A DNA stretch of 64,000 nt from Dendrobates tinctorius (Eukaryota). The notes under the pieces are model-generated. The model worked only from the letters and a program-made list of their open reading frames with translations, had not been told where the DNA came from and searched no databases. Position numbers and translations under genes: made by a program. Positions 1 through 13,487 of this stretch are shown here, piece after piece. Position 1 is the first letter of the stretch. Each line of letters begins with the position of its first letter. The stretch lies in the NCBI RefSeq assembly GCF_039654945.1, contig NW_027362050.1, positions 1,984,001 through 2,048,000 of the forward strand, written 5' to 3'.

Positions 1-140
1 ATTCACATAGGAACCCTAATTTTCGGAATCAGCAAAAATCCCGACCGGCAGACCCCTACACTTATCGTCTGTCCTGTGACTATATAATTTATAAGGAGTG
101 CGTCTAGAATATTGCTTAATTGCTTATACACTTCACTCAC

Positions 141-374
141 CTACACAGGTGCCTAACCCTTGAGAGTCCGGTTGGTAACCATTTGGACATGGGTTTTCTC
201 TTTGATCAACTCCAGGACCTGGGTTTGGGTTTGGCGCTCCGGCAGTCCCAGGGTCCGTATTGGTGTCGCTTATCACCGAGGCTGAGCGAGGGAGACACAG
301 GTAACCTCCATAATGATTAATACATTTCATTTCACCCTTGCAGGCATCAGGAATGGTCAAGCACTCATTAATAT
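141..374 (-). CDS. EFEMP2: EFEMP2/fibulin-4 coding exon 3 (first, atypical cbEGF domain with Pro/Gly-rich insertion); gene continues beyond left edge
   Basis: Translates (D)[36 protein letters not shown]...[18 protein letters not shown], the fibulin-4 signature. Acceptor ctacag, donor G|gtgagt; 234 nt, phase 1-1. Confidence 0.95.
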
Positions 375-478
375 CTGTAGAAGATGCAAATAGAGGTAGG
401 AGGACATCATCAGGATGGTTGGTGCTCAATGGTATTTAGCTGCACACAACTCAGTATGACATACCGTATACACCGTAC

Positions 479-527
479 CTTTGCAGTGCTGCCTTTCTGC
501 ATCCCACTCATATCCATCCGTGCACTC
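479..527 (-). CDS. EFEMP2: EFEMP2 coding exon 2 (49 nt)
   Basis: ttttag|GAGTGCACGGATGGATATGAGTGGGATGCAGAAAGGCAGCACTGCAAAG|gtacgg = ECTDGYEWDAERQHCK, matching fibulin-4 ECTDGYEWD; joins in frame to exon 141-374. Confidence 0.95.
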
Positions 528-3170
528 CTAAAAGTTGTAGAAGGAAAAATTATAGCGAGTAACATATATGCGGGAGCAGAACTATGGTGGGTGCAGTCGC
601 ACCTGGCCCTGGAGAAAGACCGATACCACTTTCCATGATAGTTGAGGCCTGGTTTGAGATTTTGCGTAGGGGCCGCTGAGTTTCAGGTACATGTATGTTT
701 ATATAGCTTTATGCTTTAACAATTTATTTTCTCCTGCTATAGAGAGTGATTTGGGTAATATTATGTTACTGCTGTGACTCCTCTCACACTTTTTGTTCTC
801 TGCATGTGACTTTTCAGCAGTCTCATTATCATCACTGGCAGGGTTACAATAAAAAGTAACACGTTTGTATACAGTAGATAACACAGGATCCACCATTTAG
901 GGTCTGAATCGTTGGCACCCCAGGACCACTTTCATCCCTGACAGCCTCTATATAAAGGTGGCAAGTAAGCAGAAAAGGTGTACATGTTCCTTACATTATC
1001 CTTTGAAATTTTTATGGCAGCAGCTTGTACCCCAGGGCGAGAGGCTATAGAGCGTTATATTAGACCCGCCAGTCATACACATAAATACACCTGAATTTTC
1101 TTGCTCCTGTTTATTACTTTTATAGACACAACACTGCAACTTCTGTAACTACCAGGATTAAAATCTGGGTGGAAACCACCATTTTCGCTTGGGGTGTGTT
1201 CACAATGCGTCTTTTTGCTAAGTTTTTGGAGAGGAAACTTCAAGTTTTGGAAACGTTTTGCGGAGGTTTTTGGAGGGTTTCCACTCCCTTAGGGGTGTAT
1301 TCACACTGGGGGGGATTTTCTTTACTGAGTTTCTGGAGCAGAAACTCTCCAATTTTCACTAATCAAAACTGTTGGATTTTGGAGAGTTTCTGCTCCAAAA
1401 GCTCAGTAAAAAAAATCCCTCCACATGACAGTGCACACATACACCAATGGAGATGTGAATGCTAACTCTGATTGTTAGGAAGCGGGGAAGTAGAAAAGAT
1501 GGAAACGTTTAAAAAGACCTTTGCTAAGATACCAGTATTTTTTTTTTTACATGGCAACGACTGTTATGTCCTCACTGCCCTTATCACATAGACACCCGAA
1601 AAAAAATAACAGGAAGGACTGGGACCTGTTGTGTCAGATCTGAACAATGGATTGGAAATATTAGCAGGGTGGTTCTGTAAAAAACGTGTAAGATATTCCA
1701 GAAAAACACGAAAATGTTTCACGCTGATACATTTATTGTACAAACTATCCTGGCGGGCCCCCGGCGATCGGACATTGATCACATTTCCAATAAATATGTC
1801 ATGAGTGTATGAAGCCACCTTTTAAATCTGGGAAAAGGAAAGGAATAATATCTATTGATTTCCTGTCATTCTTACAGCGCCAGGACACGCCACGGCACTG
1901 TCATTACACTCATTACCTCCAATCCACAGTGGGGCTTACAAAATATGATAATTATGCTCCATAACTTGCCATACACTCTCTTTTGTAGACAATTCATTCT
2001 CATCAGCATTCTGCCAGCACTATAGGTGCTGGAACATCATTTTATTCACTTGTCAGCATATATTGGACCTTGTCCAATGGCTTGCCTTACTTAAACTATA
2101 TTCGCACGTATGAAAATTAAAATCTCATTGCTGTTGATCTACAGATCCGTCAGCAGAATACAGACTGCTATTTGTGACGGCTTATATTCTGCCTGGGGAG
2201 AAGTAGTCACTGACTTTAAATCACAAAAGCAATCAGAGTCGCATATAACTCACACACTGCCTCTGTTCTGTAGATAGACGGTATATAAAAAAATGTTGAT
2301 TATTGTATACTTTAAAATTGGACATCTAAGAAGCACCTCTCAACTCCATGCTCAATTCTCCCTTGATCATGAGATTGGCCTAGGTTTAAAGTAGTAATTT
2401 GGTAAAAAAAAAAAAAATGCAAAAATAAAAAATGAAGGCTTTTTTTTAATTGATAAACTGGTTGGCAGGAAACTGGGAAAAGATTATAACTAATGCATGT
2501 GTTTAAAATGGTAGGGTTGAGCAAAACATTTCGTAGTGACTGTGCCCGTACCCTGTAGCAGCCTGAGCAGAGCACTGCAAACCTTGTACTACCTGCCAAA
2601 ATCATGGGTGCCTCTTTTGATTAATATTCCCCACAATGTGATGACGTTGCGAGGGATAGAAAAAATCAGAAGGGTCGCACAGGATGCCAGCAGGTAGTGG
2701 GAGGCTAAGGGTGTGTGCACACGTTATGGATTTGTCTGTGGATCCGCAGCTGATTTAGCCCTGTGGATCCGCAGCACTTTTCCAAGTCACTGCCTGACAC
2801 TTATGGCAGCGATTTACTTTCCTAGAAATATAAAAAGAACAGAACGTTTGAATTTAAACTGCCCGATCCTTAACTGTTCCAACTGTCAACTGTCGCGTGA
2901 GAGTCGGATGGTCCGCATGAACATGAGATGGTCAGGGTGGTCCCACCGAAATCTTCGGGTTCAGCTCTTCGTTTCCTGGTCTGATTAGAGCTTCCCTTAC
3001 AGAACATTAAGGACCATGAGTGGTGGATTAAGCACCAGGAGCCATTGCTCCGATCCTGCCCTTCCACAAAGTGTAATTGGGAGAGGTCAGATATCTCCTG
3101 TACAACTGTCACCTAATGTAACCGTCATGTCATCAGCTCTATTATACAGGTATACGTGAAGGCAGATTAC

Positions 3171-3251
3171 CGTGAAGGTGTTTGCCTCGTCGGTTTCTTG
3201 TTGGATGCTGGGAACTAGAAGGACACCGAGTAGTAAAAAGAAATACATCAT
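3171..3251 (-). CDS. EFEMP2: EFEMP2 coding exon 1 (signal peptide)
   Basis: ttttctag|ATG ATG TAT... = MMYFFLLLGVLLVPSIQQETDEANTFT|gtaatc. Hydrophobic signal peptide; 81 nt, phase 0, joins ECTDGYEWD. Confidence 0.88.
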
Positions 3252-4105
3252 CTAGAAAATTGAAACAAAAAATGAAAATTAGTACAGAAACCCATATGTA
3301 GTCTTCCTGAACGTGACCACGCTCATTCTCAAGGAAGGCTTAGAACCAAAAGGATTTTGTGATATTTGTAGTTTTTCTGTAATTGGTAGAAGAAACATTT
3401 GTTCTCTTATCACCTATTTTCAGATTATTATATTTGGAAATGTCTTGAACTTCCATGGGACAAGAAGTTTTCTGTGGGAAACGTAACTTCCTGCGAGGTC
3501 ACAACTTTATCTGAATTATCTACCATTCAGAAAGTCTCCGTGAGACACGAGAACTTCTGTAGCCCTAATTATACTTTACTGTCTTTTTTTTATTTTCAGA
3601 AATAGAGAATATCAATTACGATAGTAGCTATCTATAAGACATTCAACCTCTCCTGACACTTCACCAAGGATGAAGCGAAATCTTGACAAGACCAACACAA
3701 GCACCACGTTCACCCCCATGACTTATCCTCATATAGGAAAGTGTATTAATAGGGAAAAAAATACAACAATGACCCCATACCTTCAATTCATCCATCTCTT
3801 GTTGGATGTCACTGAATCCCTTTGACACAATTTTCAAATTTTGCACTTGCTTACGACGTTGGGAATTTACCATGAAATTCTTAAAAGTTGTTTTAACACC
3901 AGCTAAACCCTTCACTTTATCAGTGCAGTCATACTCTTCACGAGACGTTTGACACCGCAGTTATCCCAGCTGTAATTCGCTCTCTTAAATCCGAGATTCT
4001 TAATTTTAGCCAATTTAATTACATTTGACAAGGTTCTACCAAATTTCACAATAGCGTTTCAAAAAAGTTCTATTACAGGTGAGGTGTGTGGACATGCGTA
4101 CTTAC

Positions 4106-4400
4106 AGGTCTTTATGATGAATGAGCGCAGCCTTCACTTTCTTGCTCAGTTTCTTCTTCGCTCTTGTTGAGTGACACTCCCCCCAGAACTAAATGTCTCC
4201 CTTGTTCACTTCCTCTTGGTGCGCCTGTCTCCCCTCCTTCTCTAACACTTTGCCAGGAGTTGTCTCTTTCTCCTTTCCCCCTTTCTCGCACAGTCTTACA
4301 CACTCTGACTCCTCACATCTACTCCCTCCCTGTGTGTGTTTAAGCTCTCACTACTTCTCTCTCTCTTTTCCCTTCTCTCCAAATTCCTGACTTTCTGCCA
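4106..4400 (-). other. EFEMP2: Probable EFEMP2 non-coding first exon / promoter-proximal region
   Basis: Consensus donor CCT|gtaagt (acttac at 4100-4105 on +). The ATG exon begins directly at an acceptor, so an upstream UTR exon is required. The 5' boundary is a guess. Confidence 0.45.
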
Positions 4401-4709
4401 ATCCCTCCCTACTTTCCAGTAAAAATCCCCCCCACACCTGGTTTTACTTAAACACAGACACACAGCTCTTTCATGTCCAGCTGTTCACCCCCATCTGGGT
4501 CCCCACCCCTTACACACCACCACTAGAGACCTTTGTCACAACTCCTTCCCTTAGAGATCCCCATGACTCTTATTCATTCCTAATATAGACCCCCCTCATA
4601 AGCCGGAGCCCCTCAGTTTACCAAAATCTGCGCTCCTCCTTCCACCCACACATTACTACAACTACTACTTATACTGGTGTTTCACACAATGGCCACCTTT
4701 CACCTAACC

Positions 4710-5465
4710 ACAATTCAAAACAATAGAACACAACACAGCTCACAGCACAACACAACAAACACAGCTCATAACACACCATACAGCACAACAAACAACACAA
4801 AACAACAAACACAGCTCACAGCACAACAAACAACACAAAACAAAAAACACAGCTCATAACACACCACACAACATACAGCACAACAAACAACACAAAACAA
4901 CAAACATAGCTCACAACACAACATACAGCACAACAAACACAACATGTAACAGAACACAGCACAGTACAACACACATCACATAACAAACAGCACAACACAT
5001 GACAGAACACAATACACAGAGAACACACAAAGCACAACACAACAAAACACAATACATGACAAACAGCACAACAAACAACACAGCATAAAACAACAAACGC
5101 AACATATAACAGAATACAGCACAGTACAACACACATGTAACATACACAACACACTTCACATGACAGAACACAATACACAAAGAACACACAAACACAGCAC
5201 AACAAAACACAATACATGACATATAACAGAACACGCCATATGACATAACACAGTATACAGCACTACACACAGCACTACATACAGCACAACAGAATACACA
5301 GTCCAACAACAGAGCACAACGCACAACATTCAGCACTACCCACAACACACCATACAACACGCACAGCACTACTTACAGCACAAGAAAACGCACAACAGAA
5401 CACAATACACAACAAACCACACGGCATGAAGAACAATCCAATATACAACATTCAACACAACAACA
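4710..5465. repeat. AC-rich low-complexity/degenerate tandem repeat
   Basis: Reiterated cacaacaaacaacacaaaac / acagcacaac motifs; produces spurious Cys/Val ORFs. Confidence 0.9.
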
Positions 5466-6404
5466 CTAATAAAAGCTGCCGTGTGGGAGCATCCGTCATC
5501 TTCTCTAAAAAACCTTCCATTATCCAAATTCATTATTCTCATTACAGTGTACAAATACAGATCCACATTAATGTCCTTATCTTATAGTGCCTAAACACAG
5601 GAGAGACTGTCACACAGGACAGGGGATATAATGTGGCTTTCTTCCCTGGAGTCCGATGTCTTTTTATCTTGGGGGGACGGTCAGGTGACAATGCACGTTT
5701 TATATTATACCTCAGTCCATTCCATCATTTCTGTAACTAACATGTGTATTCAAGGAGACAGCACCCCGGGCTCTGTATGTATGGAGCAAGTCCCACTGGA
5801 TATGAATTTTATTTCCTGCCCCAACCCAGGGCAACTTCCAACGTTAACCCCGTGTTCCACACTTCTACCTATAGATTGCCTTAGTGGAACATGTAACAAG
5901 TCACCTAACATTAAAGCCATAGTACAGGACATTCAACACGTGTTGCGCTAATCCGGAGTCCTCTCAATATCACCTCTACGTATCTTATTTTCTGACTCAA
6001 TATTCATGTATTCATACTGAGCAAATACATATCCAAAGCCAAGATATCCTATATTAATACCGCACGTCACAGCGGCACCGAATCTGTAAATGGTGAGCAT
6101 GCCCTCAGTCTCTGTCACTGACTTGAAATACCAAATCTCTTTTTTTTTCATCTGGTTTCCATTTTTCCTGTCCAGTTTATATGTTAATTGCACATTTCCT
6201 TCCTCTTTATAATAGACGACGAAAGGGGTAAATTGCATGTTCCCGTTGCCTGTTCCTTCTCCCCTACAAGTCATCCCATATTATACTGTATTGATGTCAT
6301 ATTAAGCAGTTTTTCTATCATAGCTCCAGAATACATAAATGATATACTTGCAGAAATTTATATGTAGGAAGCTTTCAGTTTTACCAATAAAATCAAGGAT
6401 GTAG

Positions 6405-9120
6405 CAGTATCATGGGTGAATTTAGGGAACGGTATTGTATTGGAGGGGTGGGGTTTTAGGCTATGGTAGTGTATCATGGGTGAATTTAGGGTACGGTATT
6501 GTATTGGAGGAATGGGGTTTTAGGCTATGGTAGTGTATCGCGGGTGAATTTAGGGTACGGTAGTGTATCATGGGTGAATTTAGGGTACGGTATTGTATTG
6601 GAGGGATGGGGTTTTAGGCTATGGTAGTGTATCATGGGTGAATTTAGGGTACAATATTGTATTGGAGGGATGGAGTTTTACGCTATGGTAGTGTATCGTG
6701 GGTGAATTTAGGGGTACGGTATTGTATTGGAGGGATGGGGTTTTACGCTATGGTAGTGTATCATGGGTGAATTTAGGGTATGGTATTGTATCATGGAAAG
6801 GAGGGATTTCGGGTACGGTAGTGTATTGTGGGTGAATTTAGGGTACGGTATTGTATTGGAGGGATGGGGTTTTAGGCTATGGTAGTGTATCATGGGTGAA
6901 TTTAGGGCACGGTATTGTATTGGAGGGATGGGGTTTTACGCTATGGTAGTGTATCATGGGTGAATTTAGGGTACGGTATTGTATTGGAGGGATGGGGTTT
7001 TACGCTATGGTAGTGTATCATGGGTGAATTTAGGGTACGGTATTGTATTGGAGGGATGGGGTTTTACGCTATGGTAGTGTATCATGGGTGAATTTAGTGT
7101 ACGGTATTGTATTGGAGGGATGGGGTTTTACGCTATGGTAGTGTATCATGGGTGAATTTAAGGTACGGTATTGTATTGGAGGGATGGGGTTTTAGGCTAT
7201 GGTAGTGTATCGTGGGTGAATTTAGGGTATGGTATTGTATCATGGAAAGGAGGGATTTAGGGTATGGCAGTGTATTGTTGGTGAATTTAGTGTACGGTAT
7301 TGTATTGGAGGGATGGGGTTTTAGGCTATGGTAGTGTATCATGGGTGAATTTAGGGTACGGTATTGTATTGGAGGGATGGGGTTTTACGCTATGGTAGTG
7401 TATCATGGGTGAATTTAAGGTACGGTATTGTATTGGAGGGATGGGGTTTTAGGCTATGGTAGTGTATCGTGGGTGAATTTAGGGTATGGTATTGTATCAT
7501 GGAAAGGAGGGATTTAGGGTATGGCAGTGTATTGTTGGTGAATTTAGTGTACGGTATTGTATTGGAGGGATGGGGTTTTAGGCTATGGTAGTGTATCATG
7601 GGTGAATTTAGGGTACGGTAGTGTATTGGAGGGATGGGGTTTTACGCTATGGTAGTGTATCATGGGTGAATTTAGGGTACGGTATTGTATTGGAGGGATG
7701 GGGTTTTACGCTATGGTAGTGTATCATGGGTGAATTTAGGGTACGGTATTGTATTGGATGGATGGGGTTTTACGCTATGGTAGTGTATCGTGGGTGAATT
7801 TAGGGTATGGTATTGTATCATGGAAAGGACGGATTTAGGGTACGGTAGTGTATTGTGGGTGAATTTAGTGTACGGTATTGTATTGGAGGGATGGGGTTTT
7901 AGGCTATGGTAGTGTATCGTGGGTGAATTTAGGGTATGGTATTGTATCATGGAAAGGAGGGATTTAGGGTATGGCAGTGTATTGTTGGTGAATTTAGTGT
8001 ACGGTATTGTATTGGAGGGATGGGGTTTTAGGCTATGGTAGTGTATCATGGGTGAATTTAGGGTACGGTAGTGTATTGGAGGGATGGGGTTTTACGCTAT
8101 GGTAGTGTATCATGGGTGAATTTAGGGTACGGTATTGTATTGGAGGGATGGGGTTTTACGCTATGGTAGTGTATCACGGGTGAATTTAGGGTACGGTATT
8201 GTATTGGATGGATGGGGTTTTACGCTATGGTAGTGTATCGTGGGTGAATTTAGGGTATGGTATTGTATCATGGAAAGGACGGATTTAGGGTACGGTAGTG
8301 TATTGTGGGTGAATTTAGTGTACGGTATTGTATTGGAGGGATGGGGTTTTAGGCTATGGTAGTGTATCATGGGTGAATTTAGGGTACGGTATTGTATTGG
8401 AGGGATGGGGTTTTAGGCTATGGTAGTGTATCGTGGGTGAATTTAGGGTACGGTATTGTATTGGAGGGATGGGGTTTTAGGCTATGGTAGTGTATCGTGG
8501 GTGAATTTAGGGTGCGGAATTGTATTGGAGGAATGGGGTTTTACGCTATGGTAGTGTATCGTGGGTGAATTTAGGGTACGGTATTGTATTGGAGAGATGG
8601 GTTTTTAGGCTATGGTAGTGTATCATGGGTGAATTTAGAGTACGGTATTGTATTGAGGATGTGTATTTAGGCTATGGTAGTGTATTGTGGACGAAATTAG
8701 GGCACGGTATTGTATTGGGAGATAAGGATTTAGAGTATCGTAGTGTATTGTGGGAAGGAAGGGTTTAGGGTATTGTAGCATATTGTGGGTTACTTTTGGT
8801 TACAGTATTGTATCGTGGAGGAGGAATGGTATGGTAGTGTATCTGGGTAGAGAAATTTAGGGTACATTAGTTTATAGCAGGTGAATTTAGGGTACAGTGG
8901 AGCATCATGGGATTTAGGATACAGTGGTATATCGTAGGATTATTTAGGGAAGCATAATGTATCATGGGGGAATTTATGGTATGGTGCGGTATAGTGGGGG
9001 GACTTTAGGGTATAATGTATCGTGGGGGGATTTAGGGTTCAGTAGCATATTGAGATGGGATTTAAAGTACAGTACACTATCATGGGTGGATTTAGGGTAC
9101 AGCAGTGTATCGGGGGGGGG
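6405..9120. repeat. Minisatellite, about 64-bp unit (30+34 bp subunits) with higher-order structure, decaying after about 8720
   Basis: Unit ggtagtgtatcatgggtgaatttagggtac ggtattgtattggagggatggggttttacgctat. Matching ORFs recur at offsets of 257 and 450 bp. Confidence 0.95.
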
Positions 9121-10447
9121 GGGGATTAAGAGAACAGTTGCGTAATTTCAGAGGCCGAAATTAATTTAATGGTTTAAATATTTCTGTACAAATTACGTAA
9201 ACATTGGCTCAAGTTTTTGAAATAAGCAGATCCTTCTTTCCAGTTCTGGACAGCCAGTATAAATCCCATTTCCCACATATGTCTCCCGGCCGATAACAGA
9301 ATACAGAATTTGTTACACCGGTCTGTTCAGATATTTAATCATGCTCCTATGAACTTGGCCTGAAGCAGATGAAAACTAAGGACATCTCCAACAGATGTTG
9401 GAATTACATGGAGATGAAGGAGCCTCAAGACATCCTGGCTTTGTGTTGCTGTAGATTCAGCTTCTCATCCCCTTACGCAAAAATATTTAAAAAACTCTGC
9501 AGAAATATAAGAAAATTGCACAAGTTACTGTACATACGTGTAAAAACTGGACACTAAGGAATCTGAAGCATTTGGGGTTCGCCACCAGAAGGTCTCATAG
9601 AACGGAAAATAAATAGAAGATTGATCTAGTGACACGTTCCGCATGGGGGAAGATGAAAGCAGGTGACCATAACAAATGTGCCGGCTTGGCTGGGTGGTCC
9701 GAGGAAGGGACAGCTGTCACTCTATAAAATCCTGCATTACATTCCTAGGGGTAAAGAAGAGCTTAAAGCCATGATAATCTGTTATCTACATTAGGAGGAG
9801 CAGAGAGGCCAAAACACTGGACTGACAAAAAAAAAAGACAACAAGAAGCCAGTGGGACACATCACCTCTGTCATTGTCACCCAGAGCCGTCCCATCTGCC
9901 GCTCACACTTTCCTAGGAAGGGGTCACCCTGACATCCACAACACAGGAGGTAATCACTCATTTTATGCTTAGTAGTCTGTAACAAGGCGATCTAAGTAAA
10001 AGGTTCTTAAAAAAAATAAAATAAAAATCAGCCATTGTTTTGATTTTTGTTCTTAAACTTCATGAGCCACAGTTCTGGCTTATTCCACAAAAACAACTGG
10101 GGATAGACGGTGACTTTTGCACGGCCAAAGACCCTACTATGCCACTGCTGGATCGCAACAGAGAGCGAGTTTTGTCGCATTGTGAGGCTTAAGGTACTGC
10201 ATCCATGAGTAGGAAACTGCAAAAAATCCATCTGGTTCCAACATTTTGTGACTTGCTTGTCTTTCAAAGTACCCTGCGGGGTCCATTGCAACTTGATTTA
10301 CCCGCATTACACAGCGGCACAAAAGTAATATTTGGCCGAGCCACACAGAGCTGAAGTCTGGAGAATATTATGGCAATATTAATTGAATGATGAATTGTAC
10401 AGGAGTGTCTTGATCTAGTGATGAGGTCTGTGCACCGCTATACAAGT

Positions 10448-10795
10448 TAGTGATGAGCGAACATGCTGGGATAAGGTGTTATCCGAGAATGCTCAGGTGC
10501 TAATAGAGTGGCTTCGGCGTGCGCGAAAAATCTGTTCGAGTCCCCGCGGCTGCATATCTCACGGCTGTTCGACAACTGCAAAACATACATGGATTTCCTG
10601 TTTGTTTGACAGCCGCAACACATGCAGGGATTGCCGAACAAACAGGAAATCCCTGCACCTGTTGTAACTGTCAAACAGCCACAAGACATCCAGGCGCAGG
10701 GACTAGAACATATTATTTGAGCACACCGAAAACCCTCGGTTAGCACCCGAGCATGCTCGTATAACACCTTATCCCAGCACGTTCGCTCATCACTA
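10448..10795. mobile_element. hAT-type MITE (TAGTGATGAGCG termini)
   Basis: TIRs tagtgatgagcgaac...gttcgctcatcacta. Same family as 15601-15868. TSD not clean. Confidence 0.75.
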
Positions 10796-10957
10796 AAGTT
10801 AGTACTCCCTGTAAACTTGTGTCTGGGCCAAACATACAGGTTTATTTCAATGTGGATAAAGAGATGCAAACTTGGAGGGAAAGTGGATATAAATCCACGC
10901 TGCCAGAGGTCCAATATACGATAGGAGACCAAGATTGTTTGGATGCGGTTTTTATTT

Positions 10958-10998
10958 GTCAACGCGTTTCGAAGCATTCCATATTGCTTCATCAGGGC
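10958..10998 (-). ncRNA. Degenerate minimal hammerhead-ribozyme motif (Penelope-like element remnant)
   Basis: Minus strand CCCTGATGAAGCAATATGGAATGCTTCGAAACGCGTTGAC has the CUGAUGA and GAAA boxes and a palindromic ACGCGT stem III; stems I and II are imperfect. Confidence 0.6.
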
Positions 10999-11396
10999 GA
11001 ACCACAATGTGGGTACAGAGACACACTTCTAGATGTAGGTTGTCTCCAGTGGAAAAAAAATGGATCAATATGATGGATATCCAACATACTTATTCTTCAT
11101 TTCTCATACATCTCAAGGTGCAATCAGACGAACATATGTTTGGTATGTATGAAGAATGGACAGCGTGTGGACCCAATTCACATGAGCTATTATTCACATG
11201 GACCTCAGCTTGCTCCTTTGACCAGACCAACGCATGTACACAGTAAGCAGCTCCCGCACCCCCATTTACAAATTGCAGATGTGTATTGTTGTTTAAATTC
11301 AGTGGGCCATGTGCATTTACAGCAAATATTAGTGTTCAGAGAAGAGAAGACCGTGCACCATTGTCAATTTTTAATTATACATTGAGATGTAATAAC

Positions 11397-11402
11397 TTTA
11401 TT
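11397..11402 (-). terminator. FIBP: Candidate FIBP polyadenylation signal AATAAA
   Basis: tttatt on +, about 140 nt downstream of the FIBP stop codon. Confidence 0.55.
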
Positions 11403-11538
11403 AGAAGGACGCCATCTTTATACACTCCATAAGTACATATATACAGAAAGTATTAAAGGAAGACTGAGAAGACCATCACAATGCTGTCATAAATGACGCA
11501 CAACAGCATCCGGCTTGGCCATGGAATAGGGACAACAA

Positions 11539-11608
11539 TCAGCTGTGATACATTTTCAGTAGACAGTTCCGTAAGGTGACCATGTATCTCTCCCAAAGAG
11601 ACTGCTGC
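11539..11608 (-). CDS. FIBP: FIBP coding exon 10 (last)
   Basis: tttatag|G CAG CAG TCT CTT TGG GAG AGA TAC ATG... = (K)QQSLWERYMVTLRNCLLKMYHS*, matching the FIBP C-terminus (LWDRYM..LR.CLL.LYH). Confidence 0.93.
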
Positions 11609-11814
11609 CTATAAAGAAGGACACAGTCAATATGGTGGCTGGTGATACCACATATGCATTTCAGAACAAGAATAAGTTTTGTAAATTAATCAGTGATGAA
11701 ACTTGAATCCAAAATTAAAACTGATAAACTTGTGTTTTTTTGTTTTGTTGCATACGTGACAATTCACAAACGTCTGAATGAGGCTCAACGTGGGCATACA
11801 ATGTAGCACAGTTA

Positions 11815-12044
11815 GGCCGGGATCACACTACCGTGCGTGATGCAAGAAACTCACACAAGTCTCTCGCATCAACACCCGCTGATGCCGCCAGCACTCAGGA
11901 CTGGCGCTGCGGCTGCATGTATTTCTATGCATGTATTTCTATGCAGCCGCAGCTCCGGTCCTGAGTGCTGGCGGCAGCAGCGGGTGTTGATGCGAGAGAC
12001 TTGTGTGAGTTTCTTGCATCACACACGGTAGTGTGATCCCGGCC
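11815..12044. mobile_element. PIF/Harbinger-type MITE, almost wholly palindromic
   Basis: ggccgggatcacac...gtgtgatcccggcc with TTA on both flanks; arms of about 100 bp. Confidence 0.85.
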
Positions 12045-13487
12045 TTAGGTGTAAAATACACATCAGATCGGTTGCGAAGTCTTCAAGTGTGTTTGCCAGC
12101 TTTAGACACTTGCCTTGGTTGAAAAGGATCTTACTGGATTTCTTTTTTTTTTACATTTGTTTTTATCGCATTTTTTTCTTTGCAGGTTTAGTCTCTTTTT
12201 GGTATGCTCTATTTTAAGTTAAGATGCTTTGGTTTGGATACTTTCTGTTACTTAAATGGAAACCCACCAGGTCCCCCTGTACCTCCCGATAATAAATCCC
12301 ATCCACTTTGCTGCAACTGTTCGATGCGCAGTGGAAATACGCGGCATCAAAATCTACCAAATACTCATTGTGGGAACTTCGCCTTACAGACTGTGATGTC
12401 CGAACAGCACACGGGTCTCCTGAACCAAACTCAACAACCCTTGTTGAGTTTGTGTCAGAAGATCTGCGCCTGGTCCAAACATCACAATCTAAAGTCGGCT
12501 GCTGAAAGACGGACACGTAATATGGGCCTGAAGACCGGGGTCAGAGCATATATAAAACCATTTATTTCTCTTTCAGAAAAGACAGAAGATTTTTCAACCA
12601 TATGGTCATCTGTCTGCCAGCCGTATGCAATCTGTATGTCCATTTTTGACATCGTATACCATCCGATTGTAAACATCGATCAAAAAAGTATTACAAGCCC
12701 AGGTACAGTTTCCTATGTTAAAGATTGAAATGGATCTGTTAGATGCTGACGCTGTATGGATTGCGTCTAGATCGCATTCATTTTTTTATGTGCTCGATGT
12801 TTAATAACTCGCTGACCGTGCTTCAAATGCGCGCAACAATCAGTGATCGATTGCTCAGCCAATTTTCTCGGCAGCACAGGTGCTGTTTACAAATGGCAAT
12901 GAGCTGCCGAGAATGATGATCTTTTATCAAACCAACAGATAATTTTACCTGACAAACAAGCGTTTTACTTAATTGATGGATGATCGGCGGCCTGTTTAGA
13001 CTGCACAATTAATGGGAAAGTTCCTAGGATAATCATGCGGTGTAAATTAACTTTAATATGTTACTTACCCCCAAGATTTCTTGCCTCAACCTAAACCACA
13101 TTGTATCCTGTAAAGCTCATATCATTTCTTCTACTTCTGTGAAGTCCATTGAGCACGACTATGGATCTGATTATTTGGGATCCATAGTGGCACAGACTGG
13201 GCTTTAATTAGGAGACACTGCAGATGATTGCTAATTGGACTCGCCCTACCCACAGTCACTACCTGAATAGTCCTATTAAATATCACCCATCAGGAAATGC
13301 GGCGCAGGAAGATTGACGAGAAACAACACAATTTTCTACGTAATAAAATACAGGAATTTGCTGCTGAAGAATTTAAGGGAAGAAGCGGTAGTAGGAAAAA
13401 GATGAAAATGTGCCGGAGGGGGAAAATAGGCTTAAGACAGGACAGGATGTGCTGCAGTTACATCAGTGAGACCTATAAAACACTCAC

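Noticed and set aside
3661-3960. Open frame ending ...QQEMDELK with a possible gtatgg donor in the first EFEMP2 intron
   Set aside because: No recognisable homology and an in-frame stop upstream; EFEMP2 already has a signal-peptide start.
4766-5369. Cys/Val-rich ORFs resembling metallothionein or keratin-associated proteins
   Set aside because: Product of the TG-rich strand of a low-complexity repeat.
12204-12728. 174-aa + strand ORF as a CTSW or other nested gene
   Set aside because: No protease or other recognisable motif; intronic antisense ORF.
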